From positions 17,962,546-17,982,545 of the forward strand of contig NC_057720.1 in the NCBI RefSeq assembly GCF_004010195.1: a DNA stretch of 20,000 bases, given 5' to 3'. The notes beneath the pieces are model-generated. The model saw only the letters and a list, made by a program, of their open reading frames with translations. It searched no databases and was not told where the DNA came from. The position numbers and the translations under genes are program-made. The stretch is from Chiloscyllium plagiosum. Lineage: Eukaryota. Every line of letters starts with the position of its first letter. The stretch's first letter is position 1. This document shows, in pieces, positions 1-10,865 of this stretch.

Positions 1-112
1 TGTAAATCCACATAAATCACATCCACTGGCTTGTCTTTATCTACTTGTTACATCCTCAAATAATTCCCACACATTTGTCAGGCATAATCTTCCCTTAAAT
101 CCATTGTCTGAT
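1..112 (-). mobile_element. CR1 LINE reverse transcriptase fragment (degenerate)
   Basis: Minus translation NGFKGRLCLTNVWELFEDVTSR followed by PVDVIYVD resembles the CR1 motif QHGF.KG.SCLTNL.EFFE.VT...D...VDV.YLDF. Confidence 0.8.
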
Positions 113-317
113 CCGGTCACAATCTTCCACTTTGAAAATGCAAAATAGCTTGTTAATTTTGAGCAATCAAGAGTTTTGCAAAAAAGGTCAATTATGCCGA
201 GCCCACTTAAAATTATTCCTCCCATCTACTATTTCTTTGGAAATGCAAGAATTATAGTCTCATTTTCTGTTTGGTATTTCAAGAGTTTTTACATAGTCTG
301 GGCAACTAATAGGACAG

Positions 318-588
318 ACTAAAATCTGAGGGCACAGCCTCAGTGAAGGGACGCCCCTTCAGAGCGGGGATGAGGAAGACATTCTTCAGCCAGTGGGTGA
401 TGCACCTGTGACACTCATTGCCACAGAAAACTGTGGAGGTCAAATCATTGAATGTTCACGATTGATAAAGGCATCAAGGGTTATGGGGAGAAGGCAGGAG
501 AATGGCACTGAGAAACATATCAGCCACGATAGAATGCTGGAGCAAATTCTGGGCTGAATGACCTAATTTTGATCCTATATCTTATGGA
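318..588 (+). mobile_element. CR1 LINE 3' end
   Basis: Typical ORF2 end (gggcacagcctca...gatgaggaagacattcttcagccag...tcattgccacag) and 3' UTR (gggctgaatgacctaatt...cctatatcttatg). Confidence 0.75.
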
Positions 589-801
589 CTTGTGTATCAG
601 TAATCCACTTGGATCTTGTAGCTATGCAGTGACAAACATTTTTTTCAGTCTGTTCTCATCGGTTGGAATAATAATACGCACTTTTCTTTAAACAAAGTCT
701 TTGATCTCACAACTCTTTTATTGAAGACTAGCAGCTAACCAAACTAACTGGAATGAATGGAGATGTACTTTTCAGGCAAAGTAACCTTGTCTCCTGAAGT
801 T

Positions 802-1015
802 GTCATAGTCATGGAAACAGACCCTCAGTCCAACTCTGATATGCTAACTAATTTTCCCCAATTGAACTAGTTCCATATGCCTGCACTTGGCCCATATCTC
901 TCTAAGCCTTTCCTATTCATGTACCTATCCAAATGTCTTTAAAATGTTGTAATTATACCTGCATCTACCACATTCTTTGGCGGTTCATTCCACTTACAAA
1001 CCACCCTCTGTGGAA
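802..1015 (-). mobile_element. CR1 LINE 3' end
   Basis: Reverse-complement CR1 tail (catagtcat...gaaacagaccc...cccatatc.ctctaa.cctttcctattcatgtacctatccaaatg...ttcattcca...accaccctctg). Confidence 0.75.
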
Positions 1016-1400
1016 GAATATTTCCTGAAGTCAAATGGCATTCGCAACATAAAGACACCTCCATACCATCCATCGTTCAATGGTCTGGCAGAAACAGGAG
1101 TCCAAACTTTGAAGGTAGGCATAAAGAAACAGTCTATAACTTCAAACTGACCCAATTCCTGCTTGATTATCTGTCCACCCCTCATGCAACTACACAAGAT
1201 TCCTCTAAGCGAGACAGACAGTTCACTTCAGGGGATGACATTTGGTGCTGAAACCACAGAAATGGCCCTGCATGGTTAAGAAGCATGGTCAATGTGATGT
1301 CAGGTCCTGTAATGTACGCATTCGGATAGGTGAGGTCGTCTTGAATGTGAGTGTCGTAAATGGTGCAGGTGCAAAACACACACAGCCCCTCAGAACAGCC
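1016..1400 (+). mobile_element. Ty3/Gypsy LTR-retrotransposon integrase relic
   Basis: The frame from 1016 reads EYFLKSNGIRNIKTPPYHPSFNGLAETGVQTLK, matching the integrase core PYHP.SNGLAER.VQT.K. It continues, broken, as LTQFLLDYLSTPHATT and a C-terminal GD..W..N...GPAW...GPV.Y segment. Contains stops and deletions and is absent from the ORF track. Confidence 0.8.
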
Positions 1401-1477
1401 AAAAAGGCTATCAGAATCCATGGATTCTTCTTCATGTTCCAATGTCAAAGAAACCATTAAGTCTGAGATGGACACAG

Positions 1478-1954
1478 TTGCTTGCGGAATCTGAGGATAT
1501 AGGGGAAGTGTTTAATGAATACTTTTCATCAGTATTCACATTGGAAAAGGGCAATGTTAATGAAAATACGGAGACACAGGCTAGTAGATTAGATGGTATT
1601 GTGATTGACAAGGAAGTTTTAACAATTTTGGAAGATTTAAAAATAGATAAGACCCCTGGGCCGGATGGAATTTATCATCGGATTCTCTGGGAAGCCAGGG
1701 AGGAGATTGCAGAGTCTTTGGCTTTGATCTTTATGTCATCATTGTCGACAGGAGTAATGCCAGAAGACTGGAGGATAGCAAATGTTGTTCCCTTGTTTAA
1801 GAAGGAGAATTGGGCAACCCTGATAATTAGAGGCCAGTGGGCCTTACTATAGTTATGGATAAGGTGTTGGAAAAGGTTATAAGAGATAGGATTTATAATC
1901 ATCTGGAAAGAAATAATTTGATTAGAGATAGTCAACATGGTTTTGTGAAGGGTA
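1478..1954 (+). mobile_element. CR1 LINE ORF2 fragment (pre-RT and RT N-terminus), cut by assembly gap
   Basis: NEYFSSVFT...KTPGPDGIYHRIL.E...PEDWRIANVVPLFKK, then a frameshift and stop, then KVLEKVIRDRIYNHLERNNLIRDSQHGFVKG. Confidence 0.92.
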
Positions 1955-2326
1955 NNNNNNNNNNNNNNNNNNNNNNNNNNNNNNNNNNNNNNNNNNNNNN
2001 NNNNNNNNNNNNNNNNNNNNNNNNNNNNNNNNNNNNNNNNNNNNNNNNNNNNNNNNNNNNNNNNNNNNNNNNNNNNNNNNNNNNNNNNNNNNNNNNNNNN
2101 NNNNNNNNNNNNNNNNNNNNNNNNNNNNNNNNNNNNNNNNNNNNNNNNNNNNNNNNNNNNNNNNNNNNNNNNNNNNNNNNNNNNNNNNNNNNNNNNNNNN
2201 NNNNNNNNNNNNNNNNNNNNNNNNNNNNNNNNNNNNNNNNNNNNNNNNNNNNNNNNNNNNNNNNNNNNNNNNNNNNNNNNNNNNNNNNNNNNNNNNNNNN
2301 NNNNNNNNNNNNNNNNNNNNNNNNNN
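1955..2326. other. Assembly gap (372 N)
   Basis: Run of N. Confidence 1.
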
Positions 2327-2697
2327 TGGGCACAAGTTTTGCACTTCTTGCGGTTGCAGGAGAAGGTGCCGGGAGTGGAGGTTGGGTTGGTGGGCGGTGT
2401 GGACCTAATGAGGGAGTCACGGAGGGATTGGTCTCTCCGGAATGCTGATAGGGGTGGGGAGGGGAATATATCCCTGGTGGTGGGGTCTGTTTGGAGGTGG
2501 CGGAAGTGACGGAGGATGATACGATGTATCCCAAGGTTGGTGGGGTGGAAGGTGAAGACCAGTGGGGTTCTGTCCTGGTGGCGATTGGAGGGGCGGGGCT
2601 CAAGGGCGGATGTGCGGGAAGTGGAGGAGATGCGGTGGAGAGCATCGTCGAACACGTCAGAGGGGAAATTGTGGTCTTTGAAGGAGGAGGCCATAGT
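2327..2697 (-). mobile_element. Penelope-like element ORF fragment (RT thumb to GIY-YIG linker)
   Basis: MASSFKDHNFPSDVFDDALHRISSTSRTSAL...DRTPLVFTFHP...IILRHFRHLQTDPTTRDIFPSPPLSAFRRDQSLRDSL...GTFSCNRKKCKTC matches the vertebrate Penelope-like (PLE) linker with its Cys cluster. Confidence 0.85.
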
Positions 2698-2700
2698 GGA

Positions 2701-2946
2701 AGAACCCCACTGGTCCTCACCTTCCACCCCACCAACCACCGGATACATCGCATCATCCTCCGTCATTTCCGCCACCTCCAGACAGACCCCACCACCAGGG
2801 ATATATTCTCCTCCCCACCCCTATCAGCGTTCCGGAGAGACCACTCCCTCCGTGACTCCCTCGTCAGGTCCACAACCCCATCAACCCAACCTCCACTCCC
2901 GGCACCTTCCCCTGCAACCGCAAGAAGTGCAAAACTTGTGCCCACA
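2701..2946 (+). mobile_element. Penelope-like element ORF fragment, inverted copy of 2327-2571
   Basis: RTPLVLTFHPTNHRIHRIILRHFRHLQTDPTTRDIFSSPPLSAFRRDHSLRDSLVRS. It is the reverse complement of the left arm with about 16 differences. Confidence 0.85.
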
Positions 2947-2954
2947 GGCAAGAG

Positions 2955-3110
2955 ACTCCATAGGCTCATCCTGTCTACCAACCAGATCTCAATTCATTTC
3001 AGTACATGACCTCTGATCCCTTGTGCTTTAATTTTGCGTGCTAATATCTTACGTGGGACTTTACTGTAAATCCACCAAAATCACATCCACTGGCTTGTAT
3101 TTTTTCTGCT
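2955..3110 (-). mobile_element. CR1 LINE RT fragment (degenerate)
   Basis: Minus strand reads PVDVILVD.. KVP.K.L..KIKAQGIRGHVLK*IEIWLVDR, the CR1 RT core motif. Confidence 0.75.
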
Positions 3111-4545
3111 AGGTGCGTAACCTCAACTACGACACGCAGCTCTTGTTCGTCGAACGCGACGGTTTGGAGGTCACCCTCAAGACGCTGCCTCTCTTTTACC
3201 AGGACCTGATCACTGTCTGGAACATGGTCAAATCGCACCGTGTCTACCCTCCGGCAGGAGTAGTGGCTGTCGTCAGGGAGCTGTTGCTCAGGAGTCTGCA
3301 CCTCCATACTCACAGGTTCGAGTGGCTGTCGGAGGGGAGGGCCGTGGCGGTGAGGGTGACCAGGATCGGGGACGTGCTGGGTGCTGGGGGCCTGGGTTGG
3401 ACGCTGCCGCAGGGCAAAGCGAGCAGGGCAACGTTAAACATCCGGTATGTGGCCACCACCATCCGATGCCTTAAAACGGCGGTGCTTGGACCCGACGTAG
3501 TGCACCAGTTGGAGGATGCTCAGGTGTGCGCCCACTCCAGCCCAGACGGAATTTCACATTGGGCCCAAGGTCCCGTACTTCCCATGGGAGCATGTGCCCC
3601 ACAACCTGAGCCGCCTCTGGAATTTTAATTTTGTCCCTTTTTTTTAAGGACGTAAAAAGGCAGGCCCTCTATCGACTGCTGCTGCACACCATCCACCTCT
3701 TCTCCCTCATCCATTGTCCGGCCATTCTTGGCGTGCCCATTTGCCACTGGGCAGTGGGGAACCCCAGTGGAGGGCTGTCTACACGGAGTCCTCCCCCTTT
3801 CTCTCGGGGATCTGGGGTGGAGGGTGCTGCACGCAGCGGTCCCCTGCAACCGCAGATTGCGGTGGTTCACGGACTCCCAGCCCAACTGCTTGTTCTGTGG
3901 CGCTGTGGAATCTGTGGACCACGCGTATATTGGGTATGGGCGTTTGCACTCCCTTTTTTGATTTTCTTTAAAAACCCCCTCCTCTGCTTTTGGTTGCACT
4001 TCAGTCCTACGCTCCTGATCTTCAGGCACCCAGTACAGAGGAGGGAGGGCAGGTCTGAAGACTTCCTCGTGGGTCTGCTCCTGGGCCTGGCCAAACTGGC
4101 CATAAACAGGTCCAGGCAGCGGGCCATGGAGGCGGTTGTTAGGGCCGACTGCCCGCCCCTCTTCCGCGGTTACGTTAGAGCCCGGGTGTCCTTGGAGAAG
4201 GAGCTCGTGGTCGCCATCAACACCCTGGAGTTGTTCAGGGAGAGGTGGGCGCTGCATGGAGTGGAGTGCATTATTTCTCCCTCCAACTCATTTTGACTTA
4301 ATCCCTGCCCTCCCCTTCACTGTTTGATCGCACAGCATTGTCCTCTGGTGTGAAGGGCACTGCTTGTCACTGGCCACTCGAGTGTTTCCTTTCTTCCCAG
4401 TGGTGGAAATTGAATAAAGATTCGTGCACCTTGTGCCTCTCATTGTGTCTTACACCTGCACACACACACAACATGGGTGCTGGGGAAAAAATAAGCGCTA
4501 CCACAGTTAGGCGGTAGTGTGGGGGAAAGAAAAAATAAATAAATA
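3111..4545 (+). mobile_element. Tx1-like (L1 clade) non-LTR retrotransposon, 5'-truncated: ORF2 C-terminus, 3' UTR and A-rich tail
   Basis: Frameshifted ORF2: LPLFYQDLITVW... GDLGWRVLHAAVPCNRRLRWFTDSQPNCLFCGAVESVDHAY (zf-RVT-like CxxC..H)... LLLGLAKLAINRSR...LFRGYVRARVSLEKE...FRERW. AATAAA near 4413 and an A-rich tail follow. Confidence 0.8.
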
Positions 4546-4590
4546 CGAGTGACAGGCAAAGAAATATAAAAAAAAGGCATGACATCCATC

Positions 4591-4693
4591 CTGTTCACTC
4601 TGCGTTAGCTCTGAGGGAACTGGATCAGTATCAAAAACTGTCCATGTGTAAATAAAGGGTGAGTTGATGATGGGATACCAACTTCTATAAGGA
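4591..4693 (+). repeat. LTR-like 3' segment, copy 1
   Basis: ctgttcactc..gctctgagg..gtgtaaataaagggtga.ttg.tgatgggatacc, homologous to 4935-5044. Confidence 0.55.
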
Positions 4694-4740
4694 AAAGAAA
4701 AAAATAGGGAAAAAACAAGAAAAAGTTAAACAGAAGTCAG

Positions 4741-4910
4741 TGATCATGCAGCATTGCCCTCTAAGAAGGGTACTGCTTGTCACTGGCCCCTTGGGTGTTT
4801 CTTTTCTTCCTGGTGGTGGAAATTGAATAAAGATTTGTGCACCTTGTGTCTTTCACTGTGTCTCACACCTGTATATGTCATGGGAAAAAGATTTTTTAAA
4901 AAAAGAAAAG
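4741..4910 (+). mobile_element. Second Tx1-like 3' UTR copy with A-rich tail
   Basis: Direct repeat of about 4325-4480 (cagcattg...actgcttgtcactggcc...gtggtggaaattgaataaagatt.gtgcaccttgtg...cacctg). Confidence 0.8.
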
Positions 4911-4934
4911 TGATAATCAGAGCTGTTAGAGATT

Positions 4935-5044
4935 CTGTTCACTCAGAGCTGGCTCTGAGGAAGCCAGGCAAATGTCAAGTACTATGCATATGTAAACAAA
5001 GGGTTACTTAATGATAGGATACCAGCCTCTGTGAAGTTATTTCA
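4935..5044 (+). repeat. LTR-like 3' segment, copy 2 (ends ...gttatttCA)
   Basis: Homologous to 4591-4693. It has an AATAAA-like motif and a CA terminus, as in LTR ends. The LTR assignment is an inference. Confidence 0.55.
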
Positions 5045-5120
5045 CAGCCAATTAATCTATGCCCCTTTGTCTTGTCCCACTATCTGATGATAAAGAAGAA
5101 AAATTTTTTAAAAATAAACA

Positions 5121-5995
5121 GGAGTCAGAAGTGGGGATGTCTGCCAATGATTGCACAATGTTCAGCACCATTCGCGACTCCTCAGAAACTGAAGCAAATG
5201 TATTGATATCTGGACAATATCCAGGCCTAGGCTGACAAGTGGCAAGTGACATTCACGCCACACAAATGCCAGGCTATGACCATCACCAATAAGAGACAAT
5301 TTAACCACTGCCCCTTGACATTCAATGGTGCTACCATCACTGAATCTCCACTATCAACATCCTGGGGGTTATCATTGACCAGAAACTTAACTGGACTCAC
5401 TACATAAACACAGTGGTTACAACAGCAGGTCAGAAGCTAGGAATATTGGGATGAGTAACTCACCTCTTGACTCTCAAAGCCTATCCATCATCTACAAGGC
5501 ACAAATCAGAAATGTGATGGAATACTCCCCAGTTGTCTGGATGGGTGCAGTTCCAACAACAGTCAAGCTTGACCTTATCCAAGACAAAGCAGCCACATGT
5601 ATCCATTCCCTCCACTATTAATGTTCAGTAGCAGCAATCTGTACTACCTACAAGATGTACTGCAGAATTTCACCAAAGTTCCTCACACAGCACCTTCTAA
5701 ACTTATAACGAGTTCCATCTAGAAGGATAAGGGCAACAGATACATGGTCACAGGATCAACAGCAAGTTTCTCTCCAAGCCACTCACCACGCTGACTTGGG
5801 AAATATATCACCATTCTTTCACTATCACTGGGTCAAAATCCTGGAATTCCCTCCCTAGGGACATTGTGGGTCAACCCACAGCACATGGACTATAGTGGTT
5901 CAGGAAGTCAGCTCACCACCACCTTCTCAAGGGAAACTAGGGATGGGCAATAAATGCTGGCTGAACCAGCGAGGCCAATGTCCCATGTAAAAATG
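5121..5995 (+). mobile_element. CR1/L2-group LINE, 5'-truncated 3' portion
   Basis: SEVGMSANDCTMFSTIRDSS (a decayed FADD motif)...LDNIQA*ADKWQVTFTPHKCQAMTITNKR...ILGVIIDQKLNW, with a 3' tail agggatgggcaataaatgctggc...tcccatg. Confidence 0.85.
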
Positions 5996-6070
5996 CAAGA
6001 AAACCCTATGACACACTTTGGGGCAGCTGTCAGTACCATCAACATGATGCATCTGTAGCAATTCAATTAG

Positions 6071-6385
6071 GCTCTTCAGACAGGAGCTTTCAAACCCACA
6101 ATCTCTGCTATTTCAAAGGACATGGCCAGTAGATATATGAAAGCATGACCACCTGCAATGTCCCCTCCACGGCACACAAAGTCCTGCTTTGGAAATGTAT
6201 TACTATTCCTGTAATATTGCTGGGTCAATATCCTGAAACTTTCCAACAGCAGAGTGTTCCTTCACCCCAAAGAACACAGCAATTCAAGAAGGCTGCTCAT
6301 TGCCACCTTCCTGTGGGCAATTAAAGATGGGCATAAAAATGCTGGCCTGGACAGAGATACTCACACCCCATAACTGAGTAAAGGC
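6071..6385 (+). mobile_element. Older 3' fragment of the same LINE family as 5121-5995
   Basis: Colinear similarity to about 5680-5990 (ctgggtcaa.atcctg.aa, ttcaagaaggc.gctca, gatgggca.aaa.atgctggc). Confidence 0.75.
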
Positions 6386-6671
6386 AAGGAAGACATGGCC
6401 ATCAGATTCACAAGGAAAACTGTCCAGACAGAGAATTACAGTTAAGTCGTCATTGTTGTACATTTGCTCTGTTCTATCTCTGGTGAAGTGCACTCTCCTC
6501 ATAAATACTGCACTGGACCTTTGTGGCTCAGATTTGCAATGTTGAGTTGATGCGTGCTGCAACTTTGGCTGATTTAGCTTTAGATTTTATTGTCACGTGA
6601 CTCGCATGCAGGAATATAGGAGTACAGTGTAAAACGTACAGAGTCATCATTCCCCAGAACCATCTCAGTAA

Positions 6672-6979
6672 CTTAGATTAGATTCTCTACGGTGTGGAAA
6701 CAGGCCCTTCAGCCCAACCAGTCCACACTGACCCTCCGAAGGGTAACCCACCCAGACCCATTTCCCTCTGACTAATGCACCTAACATTATGGGCAATTTA
6801 GCACGGCCAATTCACCTGACCTGCACATCTTTTGGATTGTGGGAGGAAACCAGAGCAACCCACACAGGTGCAGGGAGAATGTGCAAACTCCACACAGAGA
6901 GCCACCTGAGGCCAGAATTGAACCTAGGACCCTAGTGCTGTGAGGTAGCAGTGCTAACCACTGAGCCACCATGCTACCC
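6672..6979 (-). mobile_element. tRNA-derived SINE, HE1/V-SINE-like, near full length
   Basis: Minus-strand 5' end GGGTAGCATGGTGGCTCAGTGGTTAGCACTGCT (A box) then GGTTCAATTC (B box). Central TGTGTGGAGTTTGCACATTCTCC domain and a CR1-derived tail (GGGCTGAAGGGCCTGTTTCC...TCTAATCTAA). Confidence 0.9.
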
Positions 6980-8499
6980 TGCCTGGGGAAAGTGTTTCTC
7001 TGGCACAGCACATATACGTCCCACTGCTTGTGAGATCCCAAAAATAGCTTTGTTCAGGAAAGGCCCAGAGAAATAGCCACAGAATTCCCAATGGACGTTT
7101 ATTTTGCCTTCATAAAAGAAAGGATAGATTTGATGGGGAAAAGGAAAGTAATGCAGAACACTGATCCTCCTATTGATTCGACCATCAGGATATTGCTGAC
7201 TCCTCCCAAAATCATTTGCAACTGCTCCTGACAACCAAAAAGTTTTAAAACCCTGTTTTAAGTTAGTGCATTGTAGCTTATGGGAATTAATTCCACTGAT
7301 GCTGTTAGCCCTCTATTCAGTAAACTCCAATGACTGTACGGAGGGGATGGGGGAGGAAAATCTCTGTTGGCAGTGCAGAGGAATTCCCAAAACCCAAACA
7401 AGAATGTGAACATGTATATGACAGAGCTGAGCACGGGTGTGAATTGTTCCTGTCCCTTTTTTCCACGCCAGTCAACTCAGTTGCTCTTACTTTAGACTCC
7501 AAAAACAAAACATTACAAATGATGAACAACATTTCACTGTAATAATTAAACTTTAGATTCTGAACAAAAAGTGTTACACTGTTAATTAATCTATGCTCAC
7601 TTTCTCTCAGTTGAAATACAGAAAGGAAAAGAAACTGTGACTGTCTGTTAACAGCTTCCAGCAACATCCCTATGATTGAACAATCAATAATAGAAATAAC
7701 ATGGAATTTTACTCTAAACCTGCATAGGCTAGAGGCCCTTGAGTATGGTGCTTCTGACAGGCTGCTTATTCTGTAGCCTGGTTTGGCCCAGATTTCCATT
7801 AATATAGCCATGGGCAAAAAAAGCCCTTTATGGAACAAGTACATTGAGTTTGAGTTTATGAAAACCTGTTTTTTGCTGCTCCAGATTGCCTACCGAGACC
7901 ATATTTAACTAAATGGCTCAGGAGAGAGCAGACTTCTGAGGGCAGTTTTACACAAAACAGTTTCTCTTAAGCTTCATTTCTCCTCTACAGTTACCAGTTT
8001 GGATGATAACGGACTTTGCGGTATAAACGAGAACTCTAAATGTTTCCCAATGAGAATGTAGTAACCTTGTTTCAAAACTCATTCTATAAATGAGATACGG
8101 TAATTGTAAAATCGCTGCTCTGGCCTAAGCTGATCTACAACTACACTTTGATTCTGACATTTGAGGAACTGATCAAAACGTACTTTTTATTTTAATATCT
8201 CATCGGGGGATAAAGTGACCTTTGTCATTTTCCTCTTAATAATCTCCTTACTCCACATGAGCCTGTGGACCTTCCATAAGTGACAATTCACCACCCTCCC
8301 AAACCATTGGTTCACATTACAGGTATTCAGTGCATGTCAGTGTAAGAAAGCTATTTGACTGTGAACACCTTCACATTCACATTCAGGGCTAATCCTTGAC
8401 AGATATCTGCACAATGCATTTCCAACAAGGCTATCCTGCAAAAAGATTGAAGAATGGGCAATGGCCTCTTCCCTCTTTCCAGATCCAGTGAACTTCAAT

Positions 8500-9900
8500 A
8501 ATAAAGCAAAGAACTGCCATTGCTGGAGATCTGAAATTAAACCTTCTGTGGGAAGAGAACAGAATTAAACCTTTGAGTCCGGTAACTCTTCAACAAAACT
8601 GTTAACAGCCAGGAGAAAGTGTTATTTATGCTGAAGCCAAAATGGAGGAGGTGCGGGGAACAAAGCGCAAGAACAAAGAGCATTACAGTGCAGGGACAGG
8701 CCCTTCGGCCATCCAAGCCTGCACCGATCCATATCCTCTATCTAAGTCTGCCATCTAATTTCTAAGGATCTGTATCCCTTTGCTCCTTGCCCATTCATGT
8801 CTCTGTCTAGTTACATCTTAAATTAAACTGTCATTCCTGCCTCTACGACCTCTGCTGGTAATGAATTTCAGGCACCCGCCACCCTCTCCCTAAACATTTT
8901 TCCCCTCTCACTTTGAACTCGTGACACCTAGTAATTGAGTCCTCCACTCTGGGAAAATGTTTCTTGCTCTCCACCCTGTCCACACCTCTCATGATCTTGT
9001 AGGCCTCAATCAGGTCCCCCCTCAACCGCCTTCTTTCTAACAAAAATAATCCTAATCTACTCAACCTCTCCTCATAGCTAGCACCCTCATACCAAGCAAC
9101 ATCCTGGTGAATCTCCTCTGCACCCTCTCCAAATCATCCACATCCGATTGGTAATGTGATAACCAGAACTGTATGCAGTATTCCAAAAGTGGCCAAACCA
9201 AAGACTTATATAATTGTAACATGACCTGCCAACTCTTGTACTCAATACCCCGTCCAATGAAGGAAAGCATGCTGTATGCCTTCTTGACCACTCTACTGAC
9301 ATGCGTTGCCACCTTCAGGGAACAATGGACCTGAGCACCCAGATCCTTCTGTACATCAATTTTTCCCAGGACTTTTCCATTTACTGTATAGTTCCCTCTG
9401 AAATTGCATCTTCCAAAATGCATCACCTCACATTTGTCTGGATTGAATTCCATCTGCCATTTCTCTGCCCAACTCTCCAATCTGTCTATATTCTGCCCTA
9501 TTCTCTGACAGTCCCCTTCACTATCTGTACTCCACCAATCTTAGTGTCATCTGCAAAGTTGCTAATGAGGCAACCTACACCTTCCTCCAAAAGGGGAAAA
9601 GAGAACAGATAGGTGGAGATGGAGTCCAAGAGAGAGACAGAGAGAGATGAAAAGAATAGGTAAGTAAGAAGATTATAGAGAAGAGGCCAGGACCAAGGTA
9701 AAGCTGAAAAAGAAATGATAAGAGGTAACGATGAGAAAATGGGTCAGCTGTGCTGAATGCAACCCATATAATATGATCATGGACCTCGGAGTACATGGGA
9801 ATGGTTAACTGTGCTAAGCGCTACCAATATCATAACAGCACTGGGTGCAGGGTGTGGGAAGAAACATAGAAGGCCGAAACCATGCTCTAAAGTTATTGAC
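8500..9900 (-). mobile_element. Penelope-like 3' end and terminal repeat (about 8500-8657 plus 9592-9900), split by a CR1 insertion
   Basis: 8500-8600 is a decayed terminal repeat (aactgc..tgctggagatctgaaa...gagtcc...actcttc). 9592-9900 is a purine-rich 3' UTR-like stretch ending in minus-strand AAT AAC TTT AGA GCA (NNFRA), which resembles the PLE ORF end as I recall it. Confidence 0.5.
8658..9591 (-). mobile_element. CR1 LINE, 5'-truncated (RT C-terminus, 3' UTR, tail)
   Basis: LISNFADDTKIGG...ESWAEKWQMEFNPDKCEVMHFG...LYKSLVWPLLEYCIQFW...LERVQRRFTRM...RRRLRGDLIEAYKIMRG, followed by a CR1 3' UTR. Confidence 0.95.
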
Positions 9901-10087
9901 ACAAAAACAGAAATGACTGGGAAAGCTCAACAGATCTGGCAGCATCTGTGGAGAGAAATCAGAGTTAACATTTCGGGAGTTCCGAGGAAACTCTGCTTTC
10001 TCTCCACAGATGTGTCAGATCTGCTGAAATTTTGCAGCGATTTCTGTTTTTGTTTCTGATTTACGGCATCCGCAGTTCTTTTGGTTT
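9901..10087. mobile_element. Palindromic Penelope terminal-repeat-derived element
   Basis: Imperfect inverted arms 9901-9966 and 9989-10053 (cagatctggcagcatctgtggagagaaatcagagtt / aactctgctttctctccacagatg.gtcagatctg). Confidence 0.75.
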
Positions 10088-10865
10088 CTAAAGCAATTGA
10101 ACTACATGTCGAGCGCTCGAGGTCTTCTGGTCTGCTGACTATCATTAGTTGATTCAACGCCCACTGAGGAGCAGACTTGGGTTCTGGGTTCTTTGTAATG
10201 TTTTAAGTTAAGTTCATCAAGGGAGGAGAATATTATTGCAAAGGAATGGGACTCTTCTTGTTCAGCATCAAATGTCAAGAATCGAAGATTCCTGAGCAAG
10301 CTATCGAGAGGCAGAGTAAAGCTTCTTCTCTTCCACCCAAACAACAGCACTTCAGTCTCAGTGTGGGGACAGTAACCCTGCTGCATCAACAAGTAGAACT
10401 TTCATTTAGACAATGCCTTGAACATAGCTGAAACCACCCATGGTGCATTGAGGGATAGCTATTAAACAACATCAAACTTCCGGGATATTATTTTCCACTC
10501 CCGCAACAGACAACCTGTGATCTTTGTTTTTTTAAGTGACATTGCCAACTCATGTTTGAATGAAGGATTTTCCCAATAGTAGGCAAGCTGAGACTGTCAA
10601 TGCCTCCAAGTGGTCTGCATGGGGTGGGAGAGGGCTGCAGGGAAATTAGCCATATCCAGAATTGTTAGCTTTCAAAGTTAAAGAATAAAGCACTGCTGCA
10701 GATTTGTTAAAGATAGACAAAGCCATGAATAGATTCAAAAACATTTTCAATGTCTTTTGATGTCAATTTGTTATCACTCAGGAAGTGAGTGAGAGCCTCA
10801 GTGATGGATGTGTGTGACATTTTATGTTTGAGAAGACATGGATCGTTCAAAGTACGGGAACAGTC

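Noticed and set aside
1675..2775. Long ORFs (366, 274, 203 and 140 aa) in the ORF track
   Set aside because: They are artefacts of reading through the 372-N gap and join unrelated CR1 and Penelope fragments.
3113..4296. Intact or domesticated gene from the 171-aa and 221-aa ORFs
   Set aside because: They are frameshifted pieces of one 5'-truncated Tx1-like ORF2, with the final zinc-knuckle Cys apparently lost.
6900..6979. tRNA gene
   Set aside because: The A and B boxes belong to the tRNA-derived head of a SINE, and there is no complete cloverleaf.
7317..7844. 175-aa minus-strand ORF
   Set aside because: It has no recognisable domain, a composition typical of AT-rich non-coding DNA, and no supported splice structure.
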